This document shows, piece by piece, positions 63,401 to 64,000 of a stretch of DNA of 64,000 nucleotides. The notes beneath the pieces are model-generated. The model searched no databases, was not told the DNA's origin, and saw only the letters and a program-made list of their open reading frames with translations. How positions within the stretch are numbered: the first letter of the stretch is position 1; every line of letters starts with the position of its first letter. The position numbers were made by a program, and so were the translations under genes. Source of the stretch: a virus; the IMG/VR virus record IMGVR_UViG_3300046542_000168, positions 1 to 64,000 of that record; one strand, written 5' to 3'.

Positions 63401-64000
63401 TAGCGCCTTCCACCAATATATCGAAGACGGTCAGAACTACGCTCAGATGACGAATCAGGCGTTCACAAGTGCCTTTACAGGTATGGAAGACGCACTGGTT
63501 AACTTCGTTACAACTGGCAAGCTCTCCTTCGCTGACCTAACTAAATCCATCCTCGCTGATATGGCACGTATTGCTGTCCGCATTGCTGCGTCTAGAGCGC
63601 TTATGGCGATCTTCCAGGTATGGGGTGGACCTAAGACTGCTGATACGGCTTCGATGAACAGTGCTACAGCTTATGGCGACGGCATCGCAGCGGCGAAAGG
63701 TGCGGCCTTCGACGGCGGTACTCAGTACTTCGCTAAAGGCGGATCGTTCACCAACTCAATCGTAAGTAAGCCTACATCGTTCGCTACCAACAAGAGCAAC
63801 AACAATGTAATGGGTGAAGCTGGGCCAGAGGCGATTATGCCGCTGACTCGCTCTGCCGATGGTTCGTTGGGTGTTCGTGCTTCGGTCGATGTATCTGGCC
63901 TACAGCAAGGTGGAGGAAGTGGTGTACAGGTTTACATCACTGTTGACGGTCAAGGGAATACGAAAAGCTCAGCTACTGATTCTGGCTACTCGTCGTTCGG
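60486..64000 (+). CDS. Tape measure protein, 3'-partial (not in the ORF track)
   Basis: GGAG RBS, ATG at 60486; LPAQFTDIAVSLQGGQAPLTVFLQQGGQIKD and MGEAGPEAIMPL; reading frame continues to the window end. Confidence 0.9.
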   Translation, partial: MTYIANLQIKVDSTEVESATDKLHELIQASKGLGNSPLSKPLPPVKPPPQPKQPKSSPDDKSADKLLAQIDKQTGSLQKLTKQQSMLNQARDAGTVSDDSFAKYNQIIETNKKAVLDRGNVVEQASKKEIAAEQARLDAWYKSADGRKTVDSEYLDSLAKGSQARQKRVAEEDASERQRLDSWFANADKQKKAEAKDIEDRHSALATASKDRIKQEAAAQKARDAIDKAKKDSTLAASKADDDAAAKAELASKKRQKALDDEAKGLQNLLAAIDPVTKERQRLAKLEAELEKNYSSGKITEQQRGQYQSVIDEARQKTDRYKNSLGRTALTAKQLQMAQAGLPAQFTDIAVSLQGGQAPLTVFLQQGGQIKDMFGGTVPAIKGVTSAFVGLINPITILGATVLALGGIWYDAERRMSALNAAIYKGNELVGTSKFGLEVIAEGATVAGNSVAEAQEAITALAATGEVSSSRLANFGKAAQAIAVTSGKDISAVAEEMATLGDTATEKAEKLSEKYAIVTAEQYETIRALEKKGETEEAMDVLSSSLAGNAQERLQRYRDSLSDLERDWMDVKTAISNAYGAVRAELFPDLNDEITQLQRIIKTRKEGGVTGTISSFLGFGDNSDEALSQQLQSLINRRDFKNKYDAEVARRNQANKEVVESEKKLFKDLEKAGKTVKKNEYLEDLNKEFDSLVENAKTLKTIPKLLEGVTWTTEGGYKGGAYDTLKAEAERKFKEKQPKTPKSAILDNTDANEFQNQVNEVKARYKSMNEDIIQAQNAGTISMAAGVTKRKALLEQEATQVKDAYEKQIASLEALKGSKNISANQVISIDRQIADARSKMVVAQEESEKQLKKLAGDEETRLKKQSQAISAYAENLNQMVKNLEVAGQRQRAALSMSSGQAGLQDQLSSEDDRYNEEQRTLTLQLGEAGRDQTEVIANLRASAAAHTAMKKQIVTNYEEMKAAQADWGAGVSSAFHQYIEDGQNYAQMTNQAFTSAFTGMEDALVNFVTTGKLSFADLTKSILADMARIAVRIAASRALMAIFQVWGGPKTADTASMNSATAYGDGIAAAKGAAFDGGTQYFAKGGSFTNSIVSKPTSFATNKSNNNVMGEAGPEAIMPLTRSADGSLGVRASVDVSGLQQGGGSGVQVYITVDGQGNTKSSATDSGYSSF

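Noticed and set aside
60958-63416. Small ORFs listed in the last 3 kb
   Set aside because: They lie inside the tape measure gene, which the track missed because it has no stop codon in the window

Overview
About 64 kb of a large tailed phage genome with a lambda-like non-contractile tail (siphovirus). The host is very probably Pseudomonas, because it encodes MvaT, AmrZ-like and XerC-like proteins close to Pseudomonas chromosomal ones. Layout: (1) 1-2.2 kb, a CCCAGG-saturated, mostly non-coding region with a chromosomal-type parS palindrome (1580-1595) and a symmetric 11-6-11 dif-like site (1739-1766), followed by a XerC-like recombinase, which suggests a phage-plasmid maintenance module; (2) 3-14 kb, small accessory genes (twin lipoproteins, YkgJ, double-Arc AmrZ-like, SprT, WYL, SLOG, phosphatase); (3) 14-41.7 kb, a leftward replication and nucleotide-metabolism arm (nrdAB, thyX, MazG, exonuclease, SSB, family A polymerase, primase-helicase, a NARP1-like Prs/Nampt pair, macrodomain, dCMP deaminase, ClpP-like, PhoH); (4) an AT-rich repeat at the strand switch (candidate origin); (5) 43.5-48.6 kb, a coiled-coil gene followed by a ~310-nt closed-stem RNA candidate with a 7-nt periodic AA tract, then 21 tRNAs covering all 20 amino acids, a circularly permuted tRNA-like element, other structured spacers, a 2OG-Fe(II) oxygenase and mvaT; (6) 48.6-64 kb, packaging, head and tail genes ending in a partial tape measure gene. 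All family calls are from manual motif recognition; no database searches or folding programs were run.
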